From positions 3,513,539 to 3,577,538 of the forward strand of contig NC_069002.1 in NCBI RefSeq assembly GCF_001194135.2: a stretch of DNA of 64,000 nt, given 5' to 3'. The stretch comes from Octopus bimaculoides. Its lineage: Eukaryota. A model generated the notes under the pieces. It did not search any database. It was not told the DNA's origin and saw only the letters and a list, made by a program, of their open reading frames with translations. The position numbers and the translations under genes were made by a program. Of the stretch, positions 1 to 20,827 are shown one piece after another (positions within the stretch are counted from its first letter, which is position 1; each line of letters opens with the position of its first letter).

Positions 1-254
1 GGAGGGGTGGATGAGGTGGAGGGGTCGATTGCATTGTTTACATAGACGTATTCGTATATGGAACGTCATAACTTTCAGTGCAGCCTCTGAATTCTTTAGA
101 AAATATAATGCCTTATTCAGTAAGTTGTGGACTTACTGAATTGTCAAATTTTTTCTACTCATTACAGCATAATCAAGTCTGTTATGAATTGTTGCTATTG
201 TTATTGTTGTTTCTGATCAGTTCCTGCGTCTTTCTTCTTTATTTATCATTTCAG

Positions 255-1947
255 GCCGCTGGCTCCTTGAATGTCGAACTACGATTCACTTCAAAGAAGG
301 CATGAGGGCATTTTACAACGTTAAAAAATGTAATAATGCTCCAAGCTTCACTCGCAAAACGAATATTCGTCGTTATTTTATCGCAGCAGAAGAAATAAGG
401 TGGGATCATGCCCCGAAAAAGAGAAGTATAGTCACTGGTAACGACTTGAATAATGAAGATGAGTAAGTACTGTCATGTGTATGTGTATATGTTTGTGTGA
501 ATTAGTTGAAGACGAGATATTACTCGTGTACACATAGATTAGTTAATCAAAGCGGAAAATTTTCAACCAGTTTCTCCAGGTATATTTGGTGACTGAGAGA
601 AATTTTTATATACCTCGGAGTATTCTTACTTTTACGCATGCACACAAGCATTGCCTAAACAGTTATTAGTTCAGTTGTCAAATTTGCTTACCGGAAAATA
701 ATTCAAGAGTTCTAGATCTATAACATTGATTTCACATGGTTCCAGATTCAGTTCAACTGAAGGAGAGGGGGAGTGAAAAATTCATAAATTTTCAATTTTT
801 TTTTTTTTTAATCGAAAAAAGCATTTCCCATTGTTTTTTAAATACGTATAGAAAAACAAATCTAAAAAAAAGAAATCGGTCCGGAAGTGGGGAATGTGGA
901 TTCATAAATCTTCAAACATTNNNNNNNNNNNNNNNNNNNNNNNNNNNNNNNNNNNNNNNNNNNNNNNNNNNNNNNNNNNNNNNNNNNNNNNNNNNNNNNN
1001 NNNNNNNNNNNNNNNNNNNNNNNNNNNNNNNNNNNNNNNNNNNNNNNNNNNNNNNNNNNNNNNNNNNNNNNNNNNNNNNNNNNNNNNNNNNNNNNNNNNN
1101 NTTGCAAAGGTGTAGTGGAAAAAATTTGAAAAATCCCCGTCAAAATGAAGAAAAATCTATATGAATGTGATACTCAGAAAGTCTGCCATGGCATTCTATT
1201 GTGAAAATCGCCTGACAACATCGGAGTACTCAACCAGTATATAATGTTTTGTATTTTCTCAGGGATGGCAACATTTATATCCGTCATAACCAATACTTCA
1301 TTGGTTCCGTATACAAGAAAGCTCTGTTTCGCGAATATACAGACGAGAAATTCGACCAAAGAGTAGCGAGAGACAGCAGCAATATACATCTTGGAGTAAT
1401 GGGGCCAATAATAAGAGCTGAAGTCGGAGAAACTATTGAGGTTTATTTCAAGAACAAGGCGTCCAGACCATATTCTATGCTTCCCCATGGGTTATATTTC
1501 CAGAACGATGAAGATGGAGAATTTTATAATGCAAGTAATTCAACTGCTGCTTCTCAGGTAATGCCCAACAGTACTTTTAAATATACTTGGAGAGTTCCAG
1601 CAAGTTCTGGACCAGGTGCTAAAGATCCCAATTGTATTTCATGGCATTACATTTCGGCTGTGGACCCAATTAAAGATGTCTACAGTGGATTGATTGGTCC
1701 GATAATTATTTGTCGAAAGGGTACTTTGAATAATAACGAGAAAAGAAAGGACGTGGATAAAGAATTTGTGTTCTTGTTTTGGGTTTTAGACGAGGGACAA
1801 AGTTGGTATTTCCAAGACAACATCAACTATTATGCTCCGGATAGAAAGAAGATAAGTGGTGACGAGGACTTCGATGAAAGTAAGTGAAGTAATATTGTCT
1901 TATATGACACATGCAGTATGTGTGTGCATGCGTGCGTGCGTGCGTGC

Positions 1948-2008
<61 letters not shown>

Positions 2009-3319
2009 CGTGCATGCACGCGTATGCAGATAAATATACAGATAGACAGACAGACAGATAGATAGATAGATAGATAGATGGATGGATGGATGGATGGATG
2101 GATGGATGGATGGATGGATGAATGTCATGTCTGTGCAATGGGAATGTTGTTGTTAGTCATATTTTTCTTAGGTTGTTCATAATGGGAGGAAGATTGTGTG
2201 TGTAGACTATGATGACCACACTAAAGTCTAATTGAGTTTTCAAATATTTTTGTTAACCTTCATCGTTATATTAACAAATGTATATCGAACAAATTGATGG
2301 AACAACGTTTAGCGAGCGTAATGGTTAGGAATCTTCTGTACGTATATAACTTGCTAGATATCATTATGCAAGTAGTGCAAACAATATAAATCAACATATA
2401 ATTAACTTTTCTTACTCGATATTACAACTTAAAATGGTAGCTTACGACATAAGTATGTTACTTAAGAAATAGAAAAGGTAAGCAGAAAGAACAACTCTCA
2501 GAGACAAGCAACCCTTAGTGGCTCTCTGGTTAGGTTTAATTCGAAAGGCTTTTATAGCTGTAAACCATCCTTCGAGAATCTTCAGCCAAACTGTTTAGCA
2601 GGGAAAACTCGCATACTTTCTTTGATATTTGCGAGTTTTTCACCATAATAACTGCTAATTAGTCGAGCCATTTTTGCGTAAGTGTTAATACCATATATGA
2701 ATATACTGGGAAAACCTGAGTGTCATAGTTCAAATCTCAGCCGGTGTCTTGCTGTAGCAGGGAACTTTGTTGAAACCTAAAAATATATTAAGCGATGGTT
2801 ATCTTAGTATAAAAATAAACCCGTAATTTGTTAAAGCAACAGGACTAGGCATTAAACTGTCTAGCTTAATGAGATCCTTAAAAAAATATATAAAACCCCT
2901 CCATAATTTTCTGAAGATAAGAATATAAAGCAGGGGTTAGATAATAACGATTATTTCAAACAAACAGTATTTAACATTAATTTCTCGTATCTTCCAAATA
3001 GGTAATTTATTTCACTCGATTAACGGCCAAATCTACGGCAACAATGAAGGTCTCTTAATTAATGTTGGTGATAAAGTTGCCTGGCATTTGATGTCGTATG
3101 GAAGCGAGAAAGACGTCCACACGGTTCATCTCCACGGCCAGACGTTCATCAACAGCGCCGGAATGCGTCAGAGGAGTGACGTCATAACAATCTCACCTAG
3201 CACCACACGCCAGGTTGAATTCTTGGCCACCAACCCTGGTACTTGGTTCTTACACTGTCACGTCAACGACCATATCACCGCTGGCATGGAAACCGTTTAC
3301 ACAATTCTAGAGAAGCGCT
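255..3319 (+). CDS. Hephaestin/ceruloplasmin-like multicopper oxidase (putative ferroxidase), 3' part; exons 255-462, 1263-1879, 3002-3319; 5' part lies outside the window
   Basis: Three GT-AG exons splice in frame (GA|G, A|GT). The translation has a type-1 Cu motif [12 protein letters not shown], odd-domain motifs [28 protein letters not shown] and [13 protein letters not shown], and the terminal-domain ligands HTVHLHG and [12 protein letters not shown]. It is colinear with the C-terminal half of ceruloplasmin/hephaestin as I recall those sequences. Confidence 0.95.
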
Positions 3320-3346
3320 GTATGTATTATTTCATTTCTTCTTTAA

Positions 3347-3389
<43 letters not shown>

Positions 3390-4056
3390 NNNNNNNNNNN
3401 NNNNNNNNNNNNNNNNNNNNNNNNNNNNNNNNNNNNNNNNNNNNNNNNNNNNNNNNNNNNNNNNNNNNNNNNNNNNNNNNNNNNNNNNNNNNNNNNNNNN
3501 NNNNNNNNNNNNNNNNNNNNNNNNNNNNNNNNNNNNNNNNNNNNNNNNNNNNNNNNNNNNNNNNNNNNNNNNNNNNNNNNNNNNNNNNNNNNNNNNNNNN
3601 NNNNNNNNNNNNNNNNNNNNNNNNNNNNNNNNNNNNNNNNNNNNNNNNNNNNNNNNNNNNNNNNNNNNNNNNNNNNNNNNNNNNNNNNNNNNNNNNNNNN
3701 NNNNNNNNNNNNNNNNNNNNNNNNNNNNNNNNNNNNNNNNNNNNNNNNNNNNNNNNNNNNNNNNNNNNNNNNNNNNNNNNNNNNNNNNNNNNNNNNNNNN
3801 NNNNNNNNNNNNNNNNNNNNNNNNNNNNNNNNNNNNNNNNNNNNNNNNNNNNNNNNNNNNNNNNNNNNNNNNNNNNNNNNNNNNNNNNNNNNNNNNNNNN
3901 NNNNNNNNNNNNNNNNNNNNNNNNNNNNNNNNNNNNNNNNNNNNNNNNNNNNNNNNNNNNNNNNNNNNNNNNNNNNNNNNNNNNTGGAAGCAATTGTCTT
4001 CTAAAAAGCCTTGTAAGTGGATTTGGTAAACAGAAACTGAAAAAATCCCGTCGTAC

Positions 4057-4112
<56 letters not shown>

Positions 4113-4161
4113 TGTTTATAATTATTGTTGTTGTTTTTCAGCTCATCTTGGAAACCGAGAC

Positions 4162-4210
<49 letters not shown>

Positions 4211-4242
4211 TTTTTATAATTATTGTTGTTGTTCTTCTTCAG

Positions 4243-4250
4243 CTCATCTG
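4243..4250 (+). CDS. Candidate 8-nt microexon of the multicopper oxidase (T|CT CAT CTG = S-H-L)
   Basis: Sequence reads gttcttcttcAG|CTCATCTG|GTAAGA. It converts phase 1 (exon ending 3319) to the phase 0 needed by the open exon at 4444. A different exon could lie in the 3390-3984 gap. Confidence 0.6.
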
Positions 4251-4443
4251 GTAAGATCGTACTACCAGTTTGGAAACCGAGACTACTAGAGAAACGAGAT
4301 CTTGTAGCCAACCATTCAGCATGCTTAAAGATTAAACACGAGTGGTTCTTATTGCTTTCCATATTAACTTTTATAATCTCGAACATTTTCTATGCAATAA
4401 AAAATATTTTTACAATTTACTCGTTCTCTTTGTTGTATATCAG

Positions 4444-4557
4444 ACGTCAAGAAGCACGCCTTCGTTTACTTCCGTTCTATCCACTGTCATCCAGTGTTTG
4501 TTTGTTTGTTTTTCAGGCATAGGGTATTTTAATACCATCATAAAAGATCTTTCCTAA
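4444..4557 (+). CDS. Candidate terminal exon of the multicopper oxidase with a hydrophobic C-terminal segment (TM or GPI signal)
   Basis: Acceptor ctctttgttgtatatcAG, then TSRSTPSFTSVLSTVIQCLFVCFSGIGYFNTIIKDLS-stop, including a roughly 19-residue hydrophobic stretch. Hephaestins are membrane-anchored and ceruloplasmin has a GPI-linked isoform. Confidence 0.6.
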   Translation, partial: TSRSTPSFTSVLSTVIQCLFVCFSGIGYFNTIIKDLS

Positions 4558-4574
4558 AATCGTTGCAAATAATT

Positions 4575-4812
4575 GTGTGTGTGTGGCCGGATGGTTAGAG
4601 CAGCAAACTCGTGGTCGAGGGATCGCGGGTTCGAATCTCGGACCGGATGATGTGCGTGTTTATGAGCGAGACACCTAAGCTCCATGTAGCTCCGGCAGAA
4701 GGGAATGGCGAACTTCTGCTGACTCTTTCGCTACGACTTTCTTTCACTCTCTCCTCCTGCATCTAGCAGCTCACCTGCGACGGACCGGAGTCCGTCCAGG
4801 TGGAGAACCTAT
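4575..4812 (+). mobile_element. tRNA-derived SINE
   Basis: A-box-like TGGCCGGATGGTTAGAGC and B-box GGTTCGAATCTC. Acceptor and anticodon stems do not pair, and a non-tRNA body follows. Confidence 0.7.
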
Positions 4813-5999
4813 ACTTCAATGATATATATAGGAGTTATGCCCTTTTGATTTTTTGGGAAGTAAACAATTTCCTGCATCAAAAGTCGATGAACAATTTCAT
4901 ATAAGTTAGGGAAAATAACTTTTATTTTAAGTTGTTTTTCTTAATAAAAACGACACCCCCCAACTGAAGAAATCTAACACCATTTTTTACCCAAATCACG
5001 CAAAATTTTAGTGGGGCTCATAACGCCTGCTCAAGTTTTTACTAAACTTAGTGTGCTGACTTAATGTAATGCAGAAGAAGTACATCTCAAATTTCAACTT
5101 TCATATTTAAGTAGTTTAGGAGTTATAGAGTTTTTAATTTGTTACCACTTATCCCCTACATTAGGAAATATCCTCTTCCTCTCCTTTTTATTTCTGTGAC
5201 GCTAAAAACTCTGTCTTTCTCTTTCTTGAACCTTTTCTTTCTTTGATTCCCTCTTCTTTTTTGAGTGTGTGGGGCTAGATGTTATTGCAATACTCCTATA
5301 TAATGTTATCTGTACAAAGAGCCGCTACATTTAGAGTGTCAGAAATACTTCAGGGAAAGCCACACAAGAGATATTGGTACAGTGCTTCGTTTAAAATAAC
5401 AATCAGACATACGCCTGAAGGGCACATACGGCATAGCAGACACACATACTGCAGGGTCTCTTATATGTAATATAGTAGTTGTAGCGAACAGCTACCAAAT
5501 ACCTAAGCCAGGACTCCAAATTGAATCCACAGTTTCATATAAGTCCTTGGTCTATTGTTTTCACTTGTTGCACTAGAAAATTTAAGAGAATAAGCTAACC
5601 TCTTGATCTTTCTCGAAGCATTCATCGATCAAATATGATTAGAGACGAGAAACTCTTAGTTTAACGAGATCTAATTTAGTTTTGAAGAATTTAAGAACGC
5701 AACAGTAAATAAGCCCACTCTCTTTGATAACTCGGCACCTACCAAGAGCTCGTCTATCATCTTCAATTCAAAAATGGCTTGTCACACACGATACAAGAAG
5801 CCTTACTGTTTCTATCTACTCGGACTCTCTTACTCAACCATTCTCAATTAGTCACACAGTTGAAAATGACATACACAATGGACTATAGAACTAAACACAA
5901 TTTGTTTCCCATAACGACAAACAAGCTGTGTACACTCAAGCAACACGATGGAGTTGTCTTCTATAATAATTTGAAATTTTGACACAGAGTGGGGGTACA

Positions 6000-6335
6000 T
6001 CAACCCCAGTGCTCAGCGGAATTTGAACTCAGAACGTAAGCACGGACGAAATGCCGCTTAGCATTTCGTCCGGCGTGCTAACGATTCTACCAGCTCACCA
6101 CCTTAAAGTCGTCTTGTATATTTTTTTCTACTCTAAGTACAAGACCCGAAATTTTGGGGGAGGGGATCAGTCGATTAAATCGACCCCAGTACGCAACTGG
6201 TACATAATTTATCGACCACGAAAGGATGAAAGACAAAGATCGACTCGGCGGAATTTGAACTCAGAAAGCAAAGACAGATGAAATACCGCTAAGCATTTCG
6301 TCCGGCGTGCTAACGATTCAGCCAGCACGCCGCTT
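6000..6335 (-). mobile_element. Two adjacent copies of a tRNA-derived SINE (family A: GCTGGCAGAATCGTTAGC...GAGTTCAAATTCCGCC)
   Basis: The same sequence recurs at about 9806-9975(-), 18895-19110(+), 40420-40515(-), 52870-53040(-) and 63020-63140(+). It has A/B-box-like motifs. Confidence 0.85.
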
Positions 6336-6964
6336 TAGTTGTCTTCTTATGGAAAACATAATAATTATATTAATAAATGGCCATTTCAAAAAAGCAATTA
6401 ATGTTCTTCTTCATTTTATTTCTCCGATGCATCTTGATGTTAAACTTTGTTGTTATGTAGTAAAAAGAAAAAAAGAAAAAGCCTCCATAAACTGAGGTTA
6501 TCCACGAAGTCAATAAACAAAATCTTCCCCGTCGGGAATTTGTAAAATCTAAAACAACGAGGAAGACAAAAATAACTTCGATAAAAATCAAGGAAATGAA
6601 ATTTTCGTAAAGTAATGACGAAGTCTCTGGAAATGGGTGATGTTTTGTCTCCCAGGGGACTACTTACTCACAGCCATATTGTTAATATTCTTTGTAAGTT
6701 TCAAGGCATATATTCACACACACACACGCACGCACGCACGCACGCACAGACACACATGCACACAGACACACACACACACATACATACACACATACATACA
6801 CACATACATACACGCATGCATACACACATGCATACACACATACATACATGCATGCATATATACATGCAAACATACACACACACATACACACGAACGCACA
6901 CACGCACGCACAGACACACATACATACAGACACACACACATACATACACACATATATACATAGA

Positions 6965-7093
6965 TACAGTAATCCCTCGCCATGTCGTGGTTCACACTAT
7001 CGCGGTTCACTCAGTACATCGCGGATTTTTCTGGCCAATATATGTAAATATACGTCGCGGACTCCTCAGTATATCGCGGGTTTCTGCGGCCGA
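6965..7093 (+). mobile_element. Tigger/pogo-like DNA transposon end (single terminus)
   Basis: TA|CAGTAATCCCTCGCCATGTCGTGG with reiterated TATCGCGG motifs resembles pogo/Tigger termini. I found no matching opposite terminus. Confidence 0.5.
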
Positions 7094-7624
7094 ATGTATG
7101 TATGTATGTATGTATGTATGTGTGAGAGATCAGATCTGGCAGGCTTGAACGTAACACAAGGTTGACTCTTTGGGCCCGATGTGGCCTGTTGAAACACTAA
7201 AGAGTTAAAGGACCTTGATGGTGATAACGAGAATATCATTAATTGTTGGTGAGCTTCAAGTATTTGTAGATTTGAAGAGAAGAGTCAGTTAGTTGGGCAA
7301 TAGTCTAGATGTATTCATGGCTGAGCTTTCGCCGGTAGAGCTCCTCGCTTTCAGAGAGCAACGATCCAATAAATATATGTTTCCTTTAATCCACAACCAG
7401 CACTTATCTAATTCACGTTTCTCCTTCAATCGATGGAGATTGCAAGATAATGAGATTTCAAGATTTTAGCTGGTTTCTGTTTTGCTTTTTAATGAGATAC
7501 ACTTAAATTTTGAAAACAAATCTTGCCTCTCACAATATAGGAACACTTCTCATGGCTCCAACAGATAAAATGGAAAAGGTGCTGTCCTGGAAGATGGCGA
7601 CGGAAAGGCGCATCTTTTTTTTTT

Positions 7625-7867
7625 TTTTACTTGTTTCGGTCACTGGGCTGCGGCCATGCTGGGGCATCGCCTTGAAAAGCTTAGTCGAAAAAATCGACAC
7701 CAGGACTTATTTTTTTAAAGTCTGGTACTTATTCTATCGGCTCGCGTTTAACACACCGCTAAGTTACGGGGATGTAATCAAACTAACACTGGTTGTCAAG
7801 CGTTGGTGGAGTAAAAATCTCACATGTATGTATGAGTATTGGCCAGTGGCTATAGTAGAAGACATTT
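7625..7867 (+). mobile_element. Interspersed SINE-like repeat family B (GTTTCAGTCATT.GACTGCGGCCATGCTGGGGCACC...)
   Basis: Near-identical copies in both orientations at about 10415-10520, 10630-10800, 14030-14120, 18790-18880, 24570-24700, 27352-27520, 39570-39760, 40990-41170, 42300-42477 and 50180-50350. Confidence 0.85.
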
Positions 7868-8672
7868 NNNNNNNNNNNNNNNNNNNNNNNNNNNNNNNNN
7901 NNNNNNNNNNNNNNNNNNNNNNNNNNNNNNNNNNNNNNNNNNNNNNNNNNNNNNNNNNNNNNNNNNNNNNNNNNNNNNNNNNNNNNNNNNNNNNNNNNNN
8001 NNNNNNNNNNNNNNNNNNNNNNNNNNNNNNNNNNNNNNNNNNNNNNNNNNNNNNNNNNNNNNNNNNNNNNNNNNNNNNNNNNNNNNNNNNNNNNNNNNNN
8101 NNNNNNNNNNNNNNNNNNNNNNNNNNNNNNNNNNNNNNNNNNNNNNNNNNNNNNNNNNNNNNNNNNNNNNNNNNNNNNNNNNNNNNNNNNNNNNNNNNNN
8201 NNNNNNNNNNNNNNNNNNNNNNNNNNNNNNNNNNNNNNNNNNNNNNNNNNNNNNNNNNNNNNNNNNNNNNNNNNNNNNNNNNNNNNNNNNNNNNNNNNNN
8301 NNNNNNNNNNNNNNNNNNNNNNNNNNNNNNNNNNNNNNNNNNNNNNNNNNNNNNNNNNNNNNNNNNNNNNNNNNNNNNNNNNNNNNNNNNNNNNNNNNNN
8401 NNNNNNNNNNNNNNNNNNNNNNNNNNNNNNNNNNNNNNNNNNNNNNNNNNNNNNNNNNNNNNNNNNNNNNNNNNNNNNNNNNNNNNNNNNNNNNNNNNNN
8501 NNNNNNNNNNNNNNNNNNNNNNNNNNNNNNNNNNNNNNNNNNNNNNNNNNNNNNNNNNNNNNNNNNNNNNNNNNNNNNNNNNNNNNNNNNNNNNNNNNNN
8601 NNNNNNNNNNNNNNNNNNNNNNNNNNNNNNNNNNNNNNNNNNNNNNNNNNNNNNNNNNNNNNNNNNNNNNNN

Positions 8673-8713
<41 letters not shown>

Positions 8714-8754
8714 TCTATATATATTTTATATGCGTAACGGAAATTAGTCAAAGG

Positions 8755-17821
<9,067 letters not shown>

Positions 17822-17950
17822 TCTTCAATCATTTTCCTGACCCTGTTTCTGATGATATACACTTCCTTCTGTGTATTTCAGTTGATGTTGAAAATAAGGA
17901 AGATTTGGAGGGATTTAGCATGGAAAAATAACTAAGTCTGTCATTAAGAA

Positions 17951-18532
17951 GAACCCTTTTGATACCAAACCTCCCTAGACCATTCCTGGTTCAATGTTAT
18001 AGACTCTGGGTTTTAAAGTGAACGAAATTAAAAACTTTCCATTGAAATTTCATTTTTATATTCTATTCCAAAGATCAGCTGAATAACGATGGAGTTATTT
18101 TACTATATACCTTATTATTTTTTAAATTAATTGAAAGAAAAACTGTGATTTTAACTAATATGGTAACAAAAGGGTTAAAACTGGTGTTTGGAGCATAATT
18201 TTACAAAATGTTCTTAGATACAATTACAAAGGAATGCTGTAATTTAATTAAATGGTGGGTTTCGTATGGTAGAACCAAAGGCTGTATCAAGCTAGTGTTG
18301 GTATCAAATAAAGGTTAACCCTTTAGCATTTAAACTGATCGTATCCAGCCAATATATCTGCCTCTTTTATTTTTCAAACTGGCCATCAGATCCAACATTT
18401 CACACCTACCCTACAATGTCATTGTAAAAATAAACAATCACATCACTGAAATCTTGAAGCCACAAGATAATGCATAATTAATTCAAAATTATGTATACAT
18501 TTGACTGAGTAATCTGAATGCTAAAGGGTTAA
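17951..18532. mobile_element. Chain of piggyBac-like (TTAA|CCC) MITEs
   Basis: 17954-18174 has TIRs CCCTTTTGATACCA / TGGTAACAAAAGGG. A fragment at 18179-18314 ends in GG|TTAA. 18319-18528 has perfect 12-bp TIRs CCCTTTAGCATT / AATGCTAAAGGG flanked by TTAA on both sides. Related copies at about 15240-15427, 22537-22761, 36783-37009 and 37275-37470. Confidence 0.8.
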
Positions 18533-19624
18533 TAATACTTTTAATTCACCTCATTAAGCTGATTTTCTTTCAATACTATTAATTTTTGTTTCTCCCCAGT
18601 GCAATTAATACGAAACACCCAATCTATACCAGCATTAAACGGTCTTTCCTATGGCTGAGTATACCATGCCCTCTTGTTTGGACTCTTTTCATAACATGTT
18701 CAGTTGTTGCAGTAGTCTTCCTGTATGGCCAAACACTTGACGACACTTTAGTTTTGTTGTTGTTAACTAACATAACAACAACAACACAGATATATGTACT
18801 AGGGTCAATTAATTTGATTAGAACTTTTTCAAAGCACTACTCCAGCATAGCCACAGTCTAATGACCGAAACCAGTTAAAGATAATATTATTATTAAGACA
18901 GCAAGCTGGCAGAATCATTAGCATGCCAGGCAAAATGCTTAGCGCCATTTCATCTGTGTCTATGTTCTGAGTTCAAATTCTGTTGAGGTCAACTTTGCCT
19001 TTTATCCTTTCAGGGTTGATAAACTAAGTACCAGTGAAACACTGGGGTCAATATAATCAACTAGTCCCCTCTCCCCCAAAATTTCAGGCTTTGTGCCTTT
19101 AATAGAAAGCATTATTATTATTTAGGCGCATGTTAGACCAAACACTTAGTGGTATTTCTTCTGGTTTTGCATTTTGAGCTCCAATACACCAAGGTAGACT
19201 GCTTCTTCTGAATCAATAAAATAAATACTAATTGAGCACCGGGGGTCGATTTAATCAACTGTTCCCCATCCCCAAAATGTCAGACCTTGTGCCTACAGTA
19301 GAGAGGAAAAATTATTATTATTATTATTATTACTGTTCTGGACTTGGGAAGAGTTAATTCATATCCCTTTTATTTATTGTGCGGGTGTGTAAATGTATGA
19401 GTATATATATCAGTTTGTATATGTGTGACTGCATGCGTGTATGCATGAACATATGTGTGCATGTATATATATATATTATCCATTTCAGAGCACATACGTG
19501 AATGTATGAATGCATGTCTGTATATATTATATTTTTTTTTTCAGTTATTCAATCTAAATTAAAATAAATTCTTGGCTGAATTTTCTTTTTATTTTTTTTT
19601 CATTTATATTTATTTTCTACACAT

Positions 19625-19935
19625 GAAAGCATATAACCAAATGGTTAAGATATTATTCTTACGACCATAAGATTTTGGCTTCAATTCCTAGACTGGATGG
19701 TGCATTATGTCCTTGGGCAAGACACTTCATTACACATTGCTCCACATGTATAAAAGACCCCTTTGCCTTTCCCTTGGATAACATTGGACAGTGGTGTGGA
19801 GAGAGGAGGCTGTTATGCATGGGCGACTGCTGGTCTTCCATAAACAACCTTGCCCGGACATGTGCCTTGAAGGGGAATTTTCTAGGTGCAATGCAATCTC
19901 ATGGTCATTCATGACTGGAGAGAGGGTCTTTAGCC
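19625..19935 (+). mobile_element. tRNA-derived SINE with TGTCCTTGGGCAAGACACTT central block
   Basis: Degenerate A/B boxes (AATGGTTAAG; GCTTCAATTCC) followed by a central motif shared with 38390-38800 and 57789-58095. Confidence 0.65.
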
Positions 19936-20149
19936 TTTATATATGAAATAGCCAGACATTAAATTGAAGAATCAGTCAAAGCCTTTCAATGGAATAGAAT
20001 ATTTATTTCAGTTTTACAAGGAAAAGGCTGATAGTTACTTTGAAGTGTTGGCTGTGTGGCCTCCATCAGCCTGTCTGATGAAGGCTACATCAGCCAAAAC
20101 TTCGAAATAACTGTTAACCATTACCTTGCAAAAATTATACACAGAAAGC

Positions 20150-20310
20150 CATCATGGATCGACCTGCAGCCTGCGGGCCACACGCAGCCTGCATCACTTG
20201 CTGAATGGCACACTTAATAAAAAATTACTTTCAGTTTTTTTAGTAATGTGACTCACTTGATGAGTCACATCTCACACAGCCCACTTCTTGAAAATGGTTG
20301 CCCATGCCTG
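20150..20310. mobile_element. Degenerate hAT-like MITE in the TSFM 3' region
   Basis: Right end GTTGCCCATGCCTG (reverse complement CAGGCATGGGCAAC) and internal CTGCAGCCTGCGGGCCACACGCAGCC, typical of Charlie-type MITEs. The left terminus is eroded. Confidence 0.5.
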
Positions 20311-20386
20311 ATAAACACACACACATACATACATATGTACACACATACATGGATAGAGGGTGTAACTTCTATCCTAAAACACCCTA

Positions 20387-20794
20387 TTAACCATTACTGG
20401 CAGCAGCAGTGGCCACATTCTCCTTGTTGCTCTCCTCTTCAGCAAGAACCTCACCACACTCAAAGCGAACAAAGTCCTGAACTGTTATCGACATATCTGA
20501 CAAGTATTGTCCGACAGTCTTGCTACTGTCGAGCAGGAACTCCTGGAAGATCAGAACATTTTCTTGGTCCTTATCTGCGTGTGGTTCGTCGCAATCGGGA
20601 TTTCCAACCTTGGCAGGGTTCATACCAACAATGTGTTGCGCCAAACGCTGCCCTGCTTCTACCACATTCTGCTCAGGCACTTCATCTGACGTTGGTTTAA
20701 TTGTAACGATGGCAGCAAATTTACCAACAGCGCAGTCCGTTACTTTAGCTAAACCTGAAACAGAGGAAATAACGGTAAGAAAGCAAAACACATA

Positions 20795-20827
<33 letters not shown>

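Noticed and set aside
4579-4650. Functional tRNA genes (also 15766-15837 and about 58020-58092)
   Set aside because: A/B boxes are present, but acceptor, anticodon or T stems do not pair and repeat bodies follow. These are SINE heads.
6615-6695. Possible hammerhead motif (TGACGAAG...GAAA; reverse GTC..GAC.AAAAC)
   Set aside because: Neither strand gives CUGANGA with a paired stem II and GAAA.
7160-7460. Roughly 57-codon open frame on the minus strand upstream of Beclin-1
   Set aside because: No start or splice signals and no homology.
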